Positions 20,456 to 28,581 of a stretch of 64,000 nt of DNA are shown here, one piece after another (positions within the stretch are counted from its first letter, which is position 1; every line of letters starts with the position of its first letter). The position numbers were made by a program, and so were the translations under genes. Under the pieces are notes generated by a model that ran no database searches, was not told the origin of the DNA, and saw only the letters and a program-made list of their open reading frames with translations. The DNA is taken from contig JBHJNQ010000024.1 of NCBI GenBank assembly GCA_050330635.1, positions 38,374-102,373 of the forward strand. Reading direction: 5' to 3'. Source of the stretch: Acidimicrobiales bacterium (GTDB lineage: Bacteria; Actinomycetota; Acidimicrobiia; Acidimicrobiales; SZUA-35).

Positions 20456-20569
20456 GCTCAGTGGGCCATGCCCAGTGGGCCATGCTCAGTGGGCCATGCT
20501 CAGAGGGCCATGCTCAGTGGGCCGTGCTCAGCGGGCCGTGTGCTCAGCGGGCCGTGCTCAGCGGGCCCT
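20456..20569. repeat. 14-nt tandem repeat x8 (consensus GCTCAGTGGGCCAT; one unit is 16 nt)
   Basis: Units read directly, with progressive divergence toward the 3' end (T>C, A>G). The last unit carries the stop (TCA at 20558-20560) of the minus-strand ORF. Confidence 0.9.
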
Positions 20570-20947
20570 GACCGCGCCGTTGCCGCCGGCGGTGCTCGTC
20601 GTGGTGATGGGAACGAGCCGGGGATCGAGGCGGCGCCGCGCCATCCACCGGTAGCGGCGGCGATGGCGCGATGGCAGGGCGTGCCACTCCTCGGGGGTCA
20701 GATCGTCGGCCGTGGGGGGAACCACCGACGCCTCCTCGTCGTCGAGGGCCCGGAGGAGCTGGCGCCGAAGCTCCTCGGCGTCGGGACCCCGGACGGTGGG
20801 ACGAAGACCGTCGACCGCTGCACCGGCCGACGTCGCCGTGAGCTCGAGCCACAGATCCAAGTCGACCGGTTCGTCGCCGGTCGAGCGACCAGTGAACAGG
20901 GAAGGGGCCGGCCTCCCTGCGGCCCGGCGCCAAAGATGGAACCTCAT
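20558..20947 (-). CDS. Hypothetical protein downstream of the sigma-like gene
   Basis: ATG preceded by gagagaggtgacg. Acidic/helical composition (DLDLWLELTA...AEELRRQLLRALDDEE). I recognise no family. Confidence 0.5.
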   Translation of the reverse strand: MRFHLWRRAAGRPAPSLFTGRSTGDEPVDLDLWLELTATSAGAAVDGLRPTVRGPDAEELRRQLLRALDDEEASVVPPTADDLTPEEWHALPSRHRRRYRWMARRRLDPRLVPITTTSTAGGNGAVRAR

Positions 20948-21119
20948 CGTCACCTCTCTCAGCCAGTTCGCCACGCCTGCCGGATGGGAGCGGTCGGTCT
21001 AGCCGGATCGCTGTATCCGGGTCGACCGGCCGCTGCTGTCGTTGGCAACTCCTACGCCGCCGTTCACTGCGCTTGGCGGCCGCTGGTGGAAAAAGATTCC
21101 GATTCTGGTCGCCTGCCGT

Positions 21120-21677
21120 TCACCCGCCCTCCACCGCCGGCGACGGTCGTGGCACGAACCGGAGGTCCATGCGGCCGATCACGTCCTTCCACATCCGCCT
21201 CGACGACCGCACCTCGTGACGGGAGAGCCCGGTCTCCCGCACGATGTCGGACAGCGAGTAGCCGGCCATCAGCAGTTCGAGAATCTCGACGTCGCTGCGT
21301 CGAACCGTGATCCCATGCCGGCGGCAAGTCTCCACGATCGCCCGCATGAGCACGATCCGCTCATCGTCGACGGTGCCGAACCGGTCACCGGCCATCGGTG
21401 ACGACGGATCGGTGTGGACCGCGGTGTCTCGCGCCGTCGCCCGCTTCTCGCTCCTGAGCCACGAGTAGGCCTCACTCTTGATCACCTGTTCGATGCGGGC
21501 CACGCCCCGCTTGTGGGTTGGGATCGCCGCCCACTTCATCAACGCCCGCTGGACGACGTCTTCGGCATGGTGCTCCTTGCCCACCAGCCTCCGTCTCGCC
21601 AGGCGCAGGAGACGGCTGTACTCCTCGGCCGACGAGATGTCGATCCACCGACCGGGTAGATGCTCCTGACCAGTCAT
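21120..21677 (-). CDS. Divergent sigma-70/ECF-like factor or HTH regulator
   Basis: Region-2-like AEDVVQRALMKW and a region-4/LuxR-like HTH (ILELLMAGYSLSDIVRETGLSRHEVRSS). 185 aa. Confidence 0.6.
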   Translation of the reverse strand: MTGQEHLPGRWIDISSAEEYSRLLRLARRRLVGKEHHAEDVVQRALMKWAAIPTHKRGVARIEQVIKSEAYSWLRSEKRATARDTAVHTDPSSPMAGDRFGTVDDERIVLMRAIVETCRRHGITVRRSDVEILELLMAGYSLSDIVRETGLSRHEVRSSRRMWKDVIGRMDLRFVPRPSPAVEGG

Positions 21678-21824
21678 CCGTGTTCCCCCTTCTCGGATCC
21701 TCTGGCTGCCACTGCTCCTGTCCTCCGCTCGTAGGACCGTCGTCGCCCGCCCGACCCCACTGGTTCCAGAGTCGAACTAGTTGTCGACATAACGCTCCGT
21801 GCCACGCACTCTATTGCGCAGCTG

Positions 21825-21876
21825 TTGCGTCACGCAATGACGATTCCGAAAGTGAGTGACGCAAATGCGTGACGCA
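21825..21876. promoter_or_regulatory. Cluster of TGCGT/ACGCA palindromes (candidate operators) in a locally AT-richer divergent intergenic region
   Basis: TTGCGTcACGCAA at 21825-21837. ACGCAaaTGCGTgACGCA at 21859-21876, which contains TGCGTgACGCA. Confidence 0.45.
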
Positions 21877-21955
21877 TCGCCTAGGGTTGACCGCAATCGG
21901 GGGGATGCTGCCGTCATCGCCGATCCCTGTGAGCCGAGACCGAGAGGGGGCCGCC

Positions 21956-23740
21956 GTGCCCGTGTCGAAGCAATCACGCCTGGAGCTGGGGCGCGCCCTG
22001 GCCGCAGCCCGGGACGAGGGCGGCCTCACCGTCGTCGAGCTGGCGCAGCGGGCGACGCCGGGACGGACCGGCGGCCTCAGCCGCTACTACGACGCCGAAG
22101 CGGGCCGGAGGATGGCCACGTCGGAGACGGTGGGCCACTACGCCATGGTCCTCGACCGGCCCGATCTCCACGACCTCCGATCGAAGATCCTGAGCCGCCG
22201 CCCCCGCCCCGGCACCGCCACCCCCCTCCTCGACGCCGCGGTCGGGGTCGAGGGCGGGGTCGGGGTCGGGGTCGGCGCCGGGGTCGGGGTCGGCGCCGCG
22301 GTCGGGGGCGGGGTCGACCTCGACGGGCGGGACGCGGCGGCCATCGCCCCCATCGTCGACGTCGACGTCGACGATGGGGCCGACGATCCGGCCTACTCGC
22401 TCCCCCGACCCGAGCTGCTCCCGGCCTCGCTCGAGCAGCCGCTGACCCAGCTGTTGGCCGACGGACCCGACCTCCTCGACGGCACCGTGGTCCGCGGTCG
22501 GGTCGCCGTGCTGCGGGCGGCCTGCGCCCTGATGGAGGAGGCGATCGAGCTCAGCCGCAAGGACGGGCGGTCGGTGTCGGTGCAGGTCCTCCAGCTCAAC
22601 CCGCAACGCAGCTTCACCCGCAACCTGGTCGGCCCGCCCGACACCTACAGCCAGCTCTTCCCGTTGCAGATCCAGCGCCTGGCCGACGCCGGGGGCAGCA
22701 TTCGCCATCTCCTGGCCAACGAGATCATGTGCTCGATGGACCATTGGGTCGCCTTCGAGCGGTTCATCGCCCTGATGGAGCTGGCCGGTGACTACTCGGT
22801 CTACTGGCTGAGCGGCAGGGAGGCCCCGGCCCGGGTGCCCGACTACCTCGTCATCGAGAACATCGCCGCCCTCGAGGTGTACCCCACCGGTCCGCTGACC
22901 TGGATCGGCGACGCCGCCGTGGTCCACCGCGACCCGGGCCGGGTGCTCGGCGTCCTCCAGGACTACGGCGACAACCTGATCGCCGAGGCCGACGAGGCGT
23001 TCCATGTCACCGACCCCAGCTCGAGCCTCGCCGTCGATCAGGGGCGGGTCTGGGTCGACCAGGCGATCCTCGAAGCCGAGCAGCGCGACGGGACGAGGGT
23101 CCTGGTCAAGTACGGCCTGTCGTCGCTGTGCGCCCCCCTCAAGCCCTACGAGGCCCGGATCCTCGACAAGCACGGCCTGTCCCCGCACAGCCGTTCGACG
23201 TGGCCCAGCTGGGTCAAGCAGGATCTCCAGCTTCGACGTCGGCGCCTGGCCAACTTCCTCAAACAGATCGAGAGCCATCGCACCATCGAGATCATCCCCC
23301 GCTCGGCACTCGACCAGTACGTCGTCGACGGCCGGTGCTCCGAGGACGGCGCCATGTTCGGTGACTTCACCGTGCCGGTCGAGGAGCGCATCCAGCACCT
23401 CCGCGATCTCATCACCCTGATCTCGACCAATACGCTCTACGACGTCGTCGTCGTCGACGACGACCCCCCGTTCTCCTTCCTCGCCGGCGCCGGTCTGCTG
23501 ATGATGGGCGATCCCGCCGACCCCGACGCCGACTGGCTCGTCTTCTACCAGTCGGAGAAGCCCCGCAGCGACGGCGGGGACGGCTACATCAGCGTGGCGT
23601 TCCAGACCTCGCTGGATCTGCTCCGGGCCCCGGTCGGCCAACGCATCGGTCGCCTCACCCACCTGGCTGCCGACCGGGCGACCCAGGCCAGCCTCCGCAT
23701 CCTGCACCGCTGTCTCGACGAGCTCGAGACTCGACGGTGA
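21956..23740 (+). CDS. Large XRE-type HTH protein with a Gly/Val-rich linker and an uncharacterised ~430-aa C-terminal region (alternative ATG at 21905)
   Basis: The N-terminus LELGRALAAARDEGGLTVVELAQRA is an HTH. GTG at 21956 is preceded by gagaggggg. I do not recognise the C-terminal region. Confidence 0.7.
   Translation: MPVSKQSRLELGRALAAARDEGGLTVVELAQRATPGRTGGLSRYYDAEAGRRMATSETVGHYAMVLDRPDLHDLRSKILSRRPRPGTATPLLDAAVGVEGGVGVGVGAGVGVGAAVGGGVDLDGRDAAAIAPIVDVDVDDGADDPAYSLPRPELLPASLEQPLTQLLADGPDLLDGTVVRGRVAVLRAACALMEEAIELSRKDGRSVSVQVLQLNPQRSFTRNLVGPPDTYSQLFPLQIQRLADAGGSIRHLLANEIMCSMDHWVAFERFIALMELAGDYSVYWLSGREAPARVPDYLVIENIAALEVYPTGPLTWIGDAAVVHRDPGRVLGVLQDYGDNLIAEADEAFHVTDPSSSLAVDQGRVWVDQAILEAEQRDGTRVLVKYGLSSLCAPLKPYEARILDKHGLSPHSRSTWPSWVKQDLQLRRRRLANFLKQIESHRTIEIIPRSALDQYVVDGRCSEDGAMFGDFTVPVEERIQHLRDLITLISTNTLYDVVVVDDDPPFSFLAGAGLLMMGDPADPDADWLVFYQSEKPRSDGGDGYISVAFQTSLDLLRAPVGQRIGRLTHLAADRATQASLRILHRCLDELETRR
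22239..22320 (+). repeat. Imperfect GGGGTC-type hexamer repeat encoding a (Gly-Val/Ala)n linker
   Basis: ...gtcggggtcgagggcggggtcggggtcggggtcggcgccggggtcggggtcggcgcc... encodes VGVEGGVGVGVGAGVGVGAAVGGGV. Confidence 0.6.
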
Positions 23741-23898
23741 CCACGGCGCCCCGCGATCCGCCACGCCCCGAAGTCGACGATTCCGTGACGGGCCTCCAAC
23801 GGGATCGAGCGGCGGCCTAATCCGCATGAGAACGCACCGACGTCGATGCGTTCGAGACGGCGAGGGCACCCTGGGCGGGGGTGCCGGAGGAGGTCCCG

Positions 23899-24267
23899 AT
23901 GAGCGACATCTGGGAACACGGCCGACCTCGCAGTGGACGGGGAGGACGGCGGCCCACCGACCGGTGGACCGACCAGGGCGCCGACCCCGGCCGCGACCCT
24001 CGGCGGTGGCGTGGCCTGGCCTACCTGCTCGGCATCACCGCCGCCACGATCTCCGGCACCGCCTTCTTCATCGGCGGTCTCCTGGCCGGCGCCCACGGAC
24101 CGGTCGCCATCGCCCTGGCCGCCGCCTTTCCCCTCGCCGGGCTGCTGTGGGCCCTCACGCTCAACGCCGCCGAGCGGGCCCGCCACCCCGCACCTCCGTT
24201 CGATCCCCGTCAGGGCCGCCGGCCGGGCGGCCCCGACCAGCGTCGGACCGGGCCGAGGGCGGGCTGA
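23899..24267 (+). CDS. Small two-TM membrane protein, Arg-rich termini
   Basis: MSDIWEHG..., then LAYLLGITAATISGTAFFIGGLLAG and VAIALAAAFPLAGLLWALTL hydrophobic helices. Confidence 0.5.
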   Translation: MSDIWEHGRPRSGRGGRRPTDRWTDQGADPGRDPRRWRGLAYLLGITAATISGTAFFIGGLLAGAHGPVAIALAAAFPLAGLLWALTLNAAERARHPAPPFDPRQGRRPGGPDQRRTGPRAG

Positions 24268-24331
24268 GCCGGAGGGGACGACGCCGGCCGGGGGCGGGAA
24301 CGGTGGCGTCGATGCGGAGGGGGCGGGGCCG

Positions 24332-25879
24332 TCAGGAGCGGGCCCGCTCCTGGTCGTCGCCGCCGATGGTGGAGCTGGTGCGAAGGGGCGACTCCCGCAC
24401 CAGGGCGGCCACGAGGAACACGACGGCCATGATCGGGACGGCCCACCGGATGACCCCCACGACCGAGTCGGTCACCGCCCCGACGATCACGCTCTGGAGC
24501 TCCTCGGGTAGCCCGCGCACCACCCGGGGCGAGCGGATCAGGCCCTCCGCCCCACCCACCTCGGACAGCCGATCGGCGCCGAGTCGTTCCAGCAGGGCCT
24601 CGTCGAGCCGGGCGGTGAGAATGGCGCCGGCGGCCGCCGCCCCGAACGCCCCGCCCATGCTGCGGAAGAAGTTCGACGTCGAGGTGGCGATGCCGAGGTC
24701 GTGCACCGCAGCGGCGTTCTGGACCGACAACGTGAGGTTGGGGAACACCAGCCCCAGCCCCGCACCGAGGCAGAACAGCAGGGGGGCCAGTCCGAGGGCG
24801 CCGGTGTCGGCGTCGATGGTGGTCAGACCGACGAGCGCCACCACGGCGAGACCCGAGCCGGTCAGCATCGTCCACTTGTAGCGGCCCGTCCTCGTCACCG
24901 CCAGGCCCGAAAGGGTGGCGGCCAGGCTCACCCCGATGCTCTGGGGGGTGAGCAGCAGCCCCGAACGGGTGGCCGAGACGCCGGTCGCCACCTGGAGGAA
25001 GAACGGCATGAACGTGGTCACCGTCAGGAGGGCCGCCATGAGGGCGAAACCCATGATGAACACGGCGACGATCGTGCGGTCGGTGAACAGACGGAGGGGG
25101 ATGATCGGTTCGACCGCCCTCGCCTCCTGGGCCACGAACAGGGCGGAGCCGGCCACCCCGATCCCCGCCGTGGTGAGGAGCTGCCAGGAGCTCCACGGGT
25201 AGGTGCTCCCGCCCCAGATCGGCACGAGGATGAGCCCTGTGGCCGCCACCACCAGCAGGGCGATCCCGGCCCAGTCGATCGGACGACGGGTGGTGGCGAA
25301 GGGCAGACGCAGCCCCCGGTTGGCGACCACGAGGGCCACGGCCGAGAGTGGGACGACCGACCAGAACACCCAGCGCCACCCCGGACCGTCGACCAGGAGA
25401 CCACCCCACAGCGGCCCGGTGATCGACGACAGGGTGAACACGGTGGTGAACACCCCGATGTAGCGTCCCCGCTCCCGGGGCGAGACGACGTCGCCCACGA
25501 TGACGAAGGCCAACGACATCAGGCCGCCACCCCCCAGACCCTGCACGGCCCGGGCCGCCACCAGCTGGTTGAGTGTCGGTGCCAGGGCACACAGGACCGA
25601 CCCGACGAGGAAGACCACGATCGACGTCTGGTACACGATCCGCCGACCGAACAGGTCGGACATCTTGCCGTAGAGGGGTGTCGAGACCGTGGAGGTGAGG
25701 AGATAGGCCGAGACGACCCAGGCGATGCGGTTGGCCCCGCCCAGCTCGCCGGCCATGGTGGGCAGGGCGGTGGCGACGACGCTCTGCTCGGTGGAGGAGA
25801 GGAACAGGCCGATCAGCAGGCCGGACATCAGCCACCGGAGCTGGCTCGGGGTCAACCCGGTGGGGGCGGTCGTGGTCAC
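24332..25879 (-). CDS. MFS transporter, DHA2/EmrB-like (14-TM type)
   Basis: GKMSDLFGRRIVY, QGLGGGGLM, SPRERGRYIG motifs. GTG start at 25879. Confidence 0.9.
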   Translation of the reverse strand: MTTTAPTGLTPSQLRWLMSGLLIGLFLSSTEQSVVATALPTMAGELGGANRIAWVVSAYLLTSTVSTPLYGKMSDLFGRRIVYQTSIVVFLVGSVLCALAPTLNQLVAARAVQGLGGGGLMSLAFVIVGDVVSPRERGRYIGVFTTVFTLSSITGPLWGGLLVDGPGWRWVFWSVVPLSAVALVVANRGLRLPFATTRRPIDWAGIALLVVAATGLILVPIWGGSTYPWSSWQLLTTAGIGVAGSALFVAQEARAVEPIIPLRLFTDRTIVAVFIMGFALMAALLTVTTFMPFFLQVATGVSATRSGLLLTPQSIGVSLAATLSGLAVTRTGRYKWTMLTGSGLAVVALVGLTTIDADTGALGLAPLLFCLGAGLGLVFPNLTLSVQNAAAVHDLGIATSTSNFFRSMGGAFGAAAAGAILTARLDEALLERLGADRLSEVGGAEGLIRSPRVVRGLPEELQSVIVGAVTDSVVGVIRWAVPIMAVVFLVAALVRESPLRTSSTIGGDDQERARS

Positions 25880-25940
25880 TGCGACATCATGGCCCCGCCC
25901 CCAAGATGGTCGAAAGCCGGCGGGCTGCCACCCAGCCCGC

Positions 25941-26747
25941 TCAGCCGAGCAGCAGACCCAGCTGGCGGGTGGTGGCCAACAGATTGCCGTCGGCGTCCCA
26001 CAGCTCACCGTCCTCGTCGACGAACGATCCGTTGCGGACCGTCGTCCGGAACCGCCCCTGGACCCAGGCCGTACGAGGGCGGGCAAAGAGGTGGGTGGTC
26101 AGCTGCAGGGTCGGGACGTGGCCCACGTCACGGCCGGTGGCCTCGAAGATCGACGGGGGCATCCCGTCGGAGAACACGAGCAGGGCGGCGGGGTCGGCCG
26201 GCGAGCCGTCGGCCAGGCGGAGCCAGCCGCCGATCTCCGCCACCCCCCGGGGTGCGTCGCGCACCCAGCCGGTGTCGGGACCGAGGCGGAGGCCGATCCG
26301 CTCGTGGAGGCGGATGCGCGCACCCGCGGCCGTCGTCAGCACCGCCGGCTCGAGGCACGCCTCCGGGGGCGGAAGGACCGGGCGGCGGAGCGGTCCGGCC
26401 GGCTGCTCGGGCACCGAGTCGGGCAGGGTACCGAAGGTGGCGGTGGCCCGCACACACTCGACGCCGTCCTGGACGAGGCTGACCGAGGCGGTGCTCTGCC
26501 GCTTGCCCACCCGCACCGTCTCGACCCGCAGCTCCGCCGGGCCGAACGCCGGCACCGCCAGGTAGGAGGCGGCGATCGTCACCGGGTCGGACTGGGGCAG
26601 CACCGATGCCATCGCCTCCGCCACCAGGGCCAGCAGGTAGCCACCATGCGGCCGATCGCCCACGTCCCAACCGAGAGGGATGTCACCGGTGAGGACACCG
26701 TCGCCGACGACGGTGAGGGCCATGGCGTCGTGGAGCGCTGAGGTCAT
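25941..26747 (-). CDS. Thioesterase family protein (double hot-dog, TesB-like)
   Basis: The HGGYLLALV motif and overall length fit acyl-CoA thioesterase-like proteins. Confidence 0.8.
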   Translation of the reverse strand: MTSALHDAMALTVVGDGVLTGDIPLGWDVGDRPHGGYLLALVAEAMASVLPQSDPVTIAASYLAVPAFGPAELRVETVRVGKRQSTASVSLVQDGVECVRATATFGTLPDSVPEQPAGPLRRPVLPPPEACLEPAVLTTAAGARIRLHERIGLRLGPDTGWVRDAPRGVAEIGGWLRLADGSPADPAALLVFSDGMPPSIFEATGRDVGHVPTLQLTTHLFARPRTAWVQGRFRTTVRNGSFVDEDGELWDADGNLLATTRQLGLLLG

Positions 26748-26775
26748 CGAGCCCCGACGGTAGCCCGCCGGCCCC

Positions 26776-28188
26776 TCACAGCAGATATTGGGACAGGCCC
26801 CGTCGCAGGTAGCGACCGTGGCCGGTCGACCCGTGATAGTCGCCGTCGGCGATCAGGATCCGACCCCGGCTGATGACGGTGTCGACCCCTCCGTCGACCA
26901 CGGTGCCCTCGAAGGCCGAGTAGTCCATGTTCATGTGATGGGTGGCGGCCGAGATGGTGGTGGAGGCGGCCGTATCGTAGAGGACGATGTCGGCGTCGGC
27001 ACCGGGGGCGATGACCCCCTTGCGGCCGTACAACCCGAACATCCGGGCCGGGGTGGTGGAACACAGCTCGACCCAGCGGGGCAGTGTCAGCTCGCCGGCC
27101 ACCACCCCCTGGTACATGAGGTCCATGCGGTGCTCGACGCCGCCGATGCCGTTGGGGATGGCCCGGAAGTCGCCGATGCCGAGATCTTTCTGGCCCTTCA
27201 TGCAGAACGGGCAGTGGTCGGTGGCCACCACGCTCAGCGTGTTCATCCGCAACCCGTGCCACAGATCGCGGTGATGGTGCTCGTGCCGGGTCCGCAGCGG
27301 GGTGGAGCAGACATAGCCGGCACCGGCGAAACCTGGCGCCCCCAGATGGTCCTCGAGGTTCAGGTAGAGGTACTGGGGGCAGGTCTCGGCGAACACGTTG
27401 CGACCCCGGGACCGGGCCTGGGCCACGACCTCCAGGGCCTCGGAGCACGACAGGTGGACGATGTAGAGCGGCGCCCCCGCCACCGTGGCCAGCTGGATCG
27501 CCCGGAACGTGGCCTCGGCCTCCAGCTCGGCCCGGCGGGCGTAACCGTGGTGGACGGGGTCGGTCTCGCCCCGGGCCACCGCCTGCTCGGCCAGGACGTC
27601 GATGGCGATCCCGTTCTCGGCGTGCATCATGATCACCGCGCCGTTGCCGGCCGCCGTCTGCATGGCCTTGAGGAGCTGCCCGTCGTCGGTGTAGTAGACG
27701 CCGGGATAGGCCATGAACAGCTTGAAGCTGGTGATGCCCTCGTCGACAAGGGTGTCCATCATGGCCAGGGAGGCGTCGTCGACGTCGCCGACGATCATGT
27801 GGAAGGCGTAGTCGATGGCGCACGCCCCGTCGGCCTTGGCCAGCCAGGTGTCGAGACACGGCCGGATCTCCTGGCCCTTGGTCTGGACGGCGAAGTCGAT
27901 GATGGTGGTGGTACCACCCCAGGCCGCGGCCCGGGTGCCGGTCTCGAACGTGTCCGATGCCCGGGTCGGCCCGAACGGCACCTCCATGTGGGTGTGGGCG
28001 TCGACCCCGCCGGGAACCACCAGCATGCCGGTGGCGTCGACGATCTCGGCGTCGCCCCGCTCGACCGACGAGGCCACATCGCTGCCGGGGGCGAGGAGGG
28101 CCACGATGATCTCACCGTCGACCAGGACGTCCGCCTCGGTGGTGCCGGTGGCGCTCACGACCGTGCCACCCTTGATCAGCATCGTCAT
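26776..28188 (-). CDS. Dihydropyrimidinase / D-hydantoinase
   Basis: GGVDAHTHME metal site, SFKLFMAY (carboxylated Lys region), HAENG, ATDHCPF. Confidence 0.92.
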   Translation of the reverse strand: MTMLIKGGTVVSATGTTEADVLVDGEIIVALLAPGSDVASSVERGDAEIVDATGMLVVPGGVDAHTHMEVPFGPTRASDTFETGTRAAAWGGTTTIIDFAVQTKGQEIRPCLDTWLAKADGACAIDYAFHMIVGDVDDASLAMMDTLVDEGITSFKLFMAYPGVYYTDDGQLLKAMQTAAGNGAVIMMHAENGIAIDVLAEQAVARGETDPVHHGYARRAELEAEATFRAIQLATVAGAPLYIVHLSCSEALEVVAQARSRGRNVFAETCPQYLYLNLEDHLGAPGFAGAGYVCSTPLRTRHEHHHRDLWHGLRMNTLSVVATDHCPFCMKGQKDLGIGDFRAIPNGIGGVEHRMDLMYQGVVAGELTLPRWVELCSTTPARMFGLYGRKGVIAPGADADIVLYDTAASTTISAATHHMNMDYSAFEGTVVDGGVDTVISRGRILIADGDYHGSTGHGRYLRRGLSQYLL

Positions 28189-28266
28189 GTCAGCGGACCC
28201 TACTCACGGCGGGGCGGGCTCGACACCACCGGTGGCATCACGGCCCGGAGCTGACATCCTGACCCG

Positions 28267-28542
28267 ATGGCCGACGACCACCACACGTTCGACTCGCTGT
28301 TCGAGGTGCTGCGCCAGCGGGCGGCGGAGCGGCCCGAGGGTTCGTCGACGGTGGCCGCCCTCGACGCCGGCGTCCACTTCATCGGCAAGAAGGTGCTGGA
28401 GGAGGCGGGCGAGGTGTGGCTGGCGGCCGAGTACGGAAGCGACGAGGAATTGGCCGAGGAGATGTCCCAGCTCCTGTACTGGCTCGGTGTCGCCCTGGTC
28501 GACCGGGGCCTGTCCCCGGTCGACGTCTACCGCTACCTCTGA
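28267..28542 (+). CDS. hisE: Phosphoribosyl-ATP pyrophosphatase
   Basis: [28 protein letters not shown]...[15 protein letters not shown]...LLYW. 91 aa. Confidence 0.9.
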   Translation: MADDHHTFDSLFEVLRQRAAERPEGSSTVAALDAGVHFIGKKVLEEAGEVWLAAEYGSDEELAEEMSQLLYWLGVALVDRGLSPVDVYRYL

Positions 28543-28581
28543 CGAGCACCGCTGATCACCCCGACCGGCGATCGGCGAGCA

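Noticed and set aside
20456-20569. The tandem arrays here and at 8405-8439, 13406-13465 and 53042-53100 considered as CRISPR arrays
   Set aside because: The units are contiguous with no unique spacers, and they are only 7-20 nt long. No cas genes are present in the window.
20468-21310. The plus-strand 280-aa ORF starting inside the 14-mer array
   Set aside because: Its N-terminus is just the repeat read in three phases, and the remainder is antisense to the 20558-20947 gene and the adjacent spacer. The composition is shadow-like.
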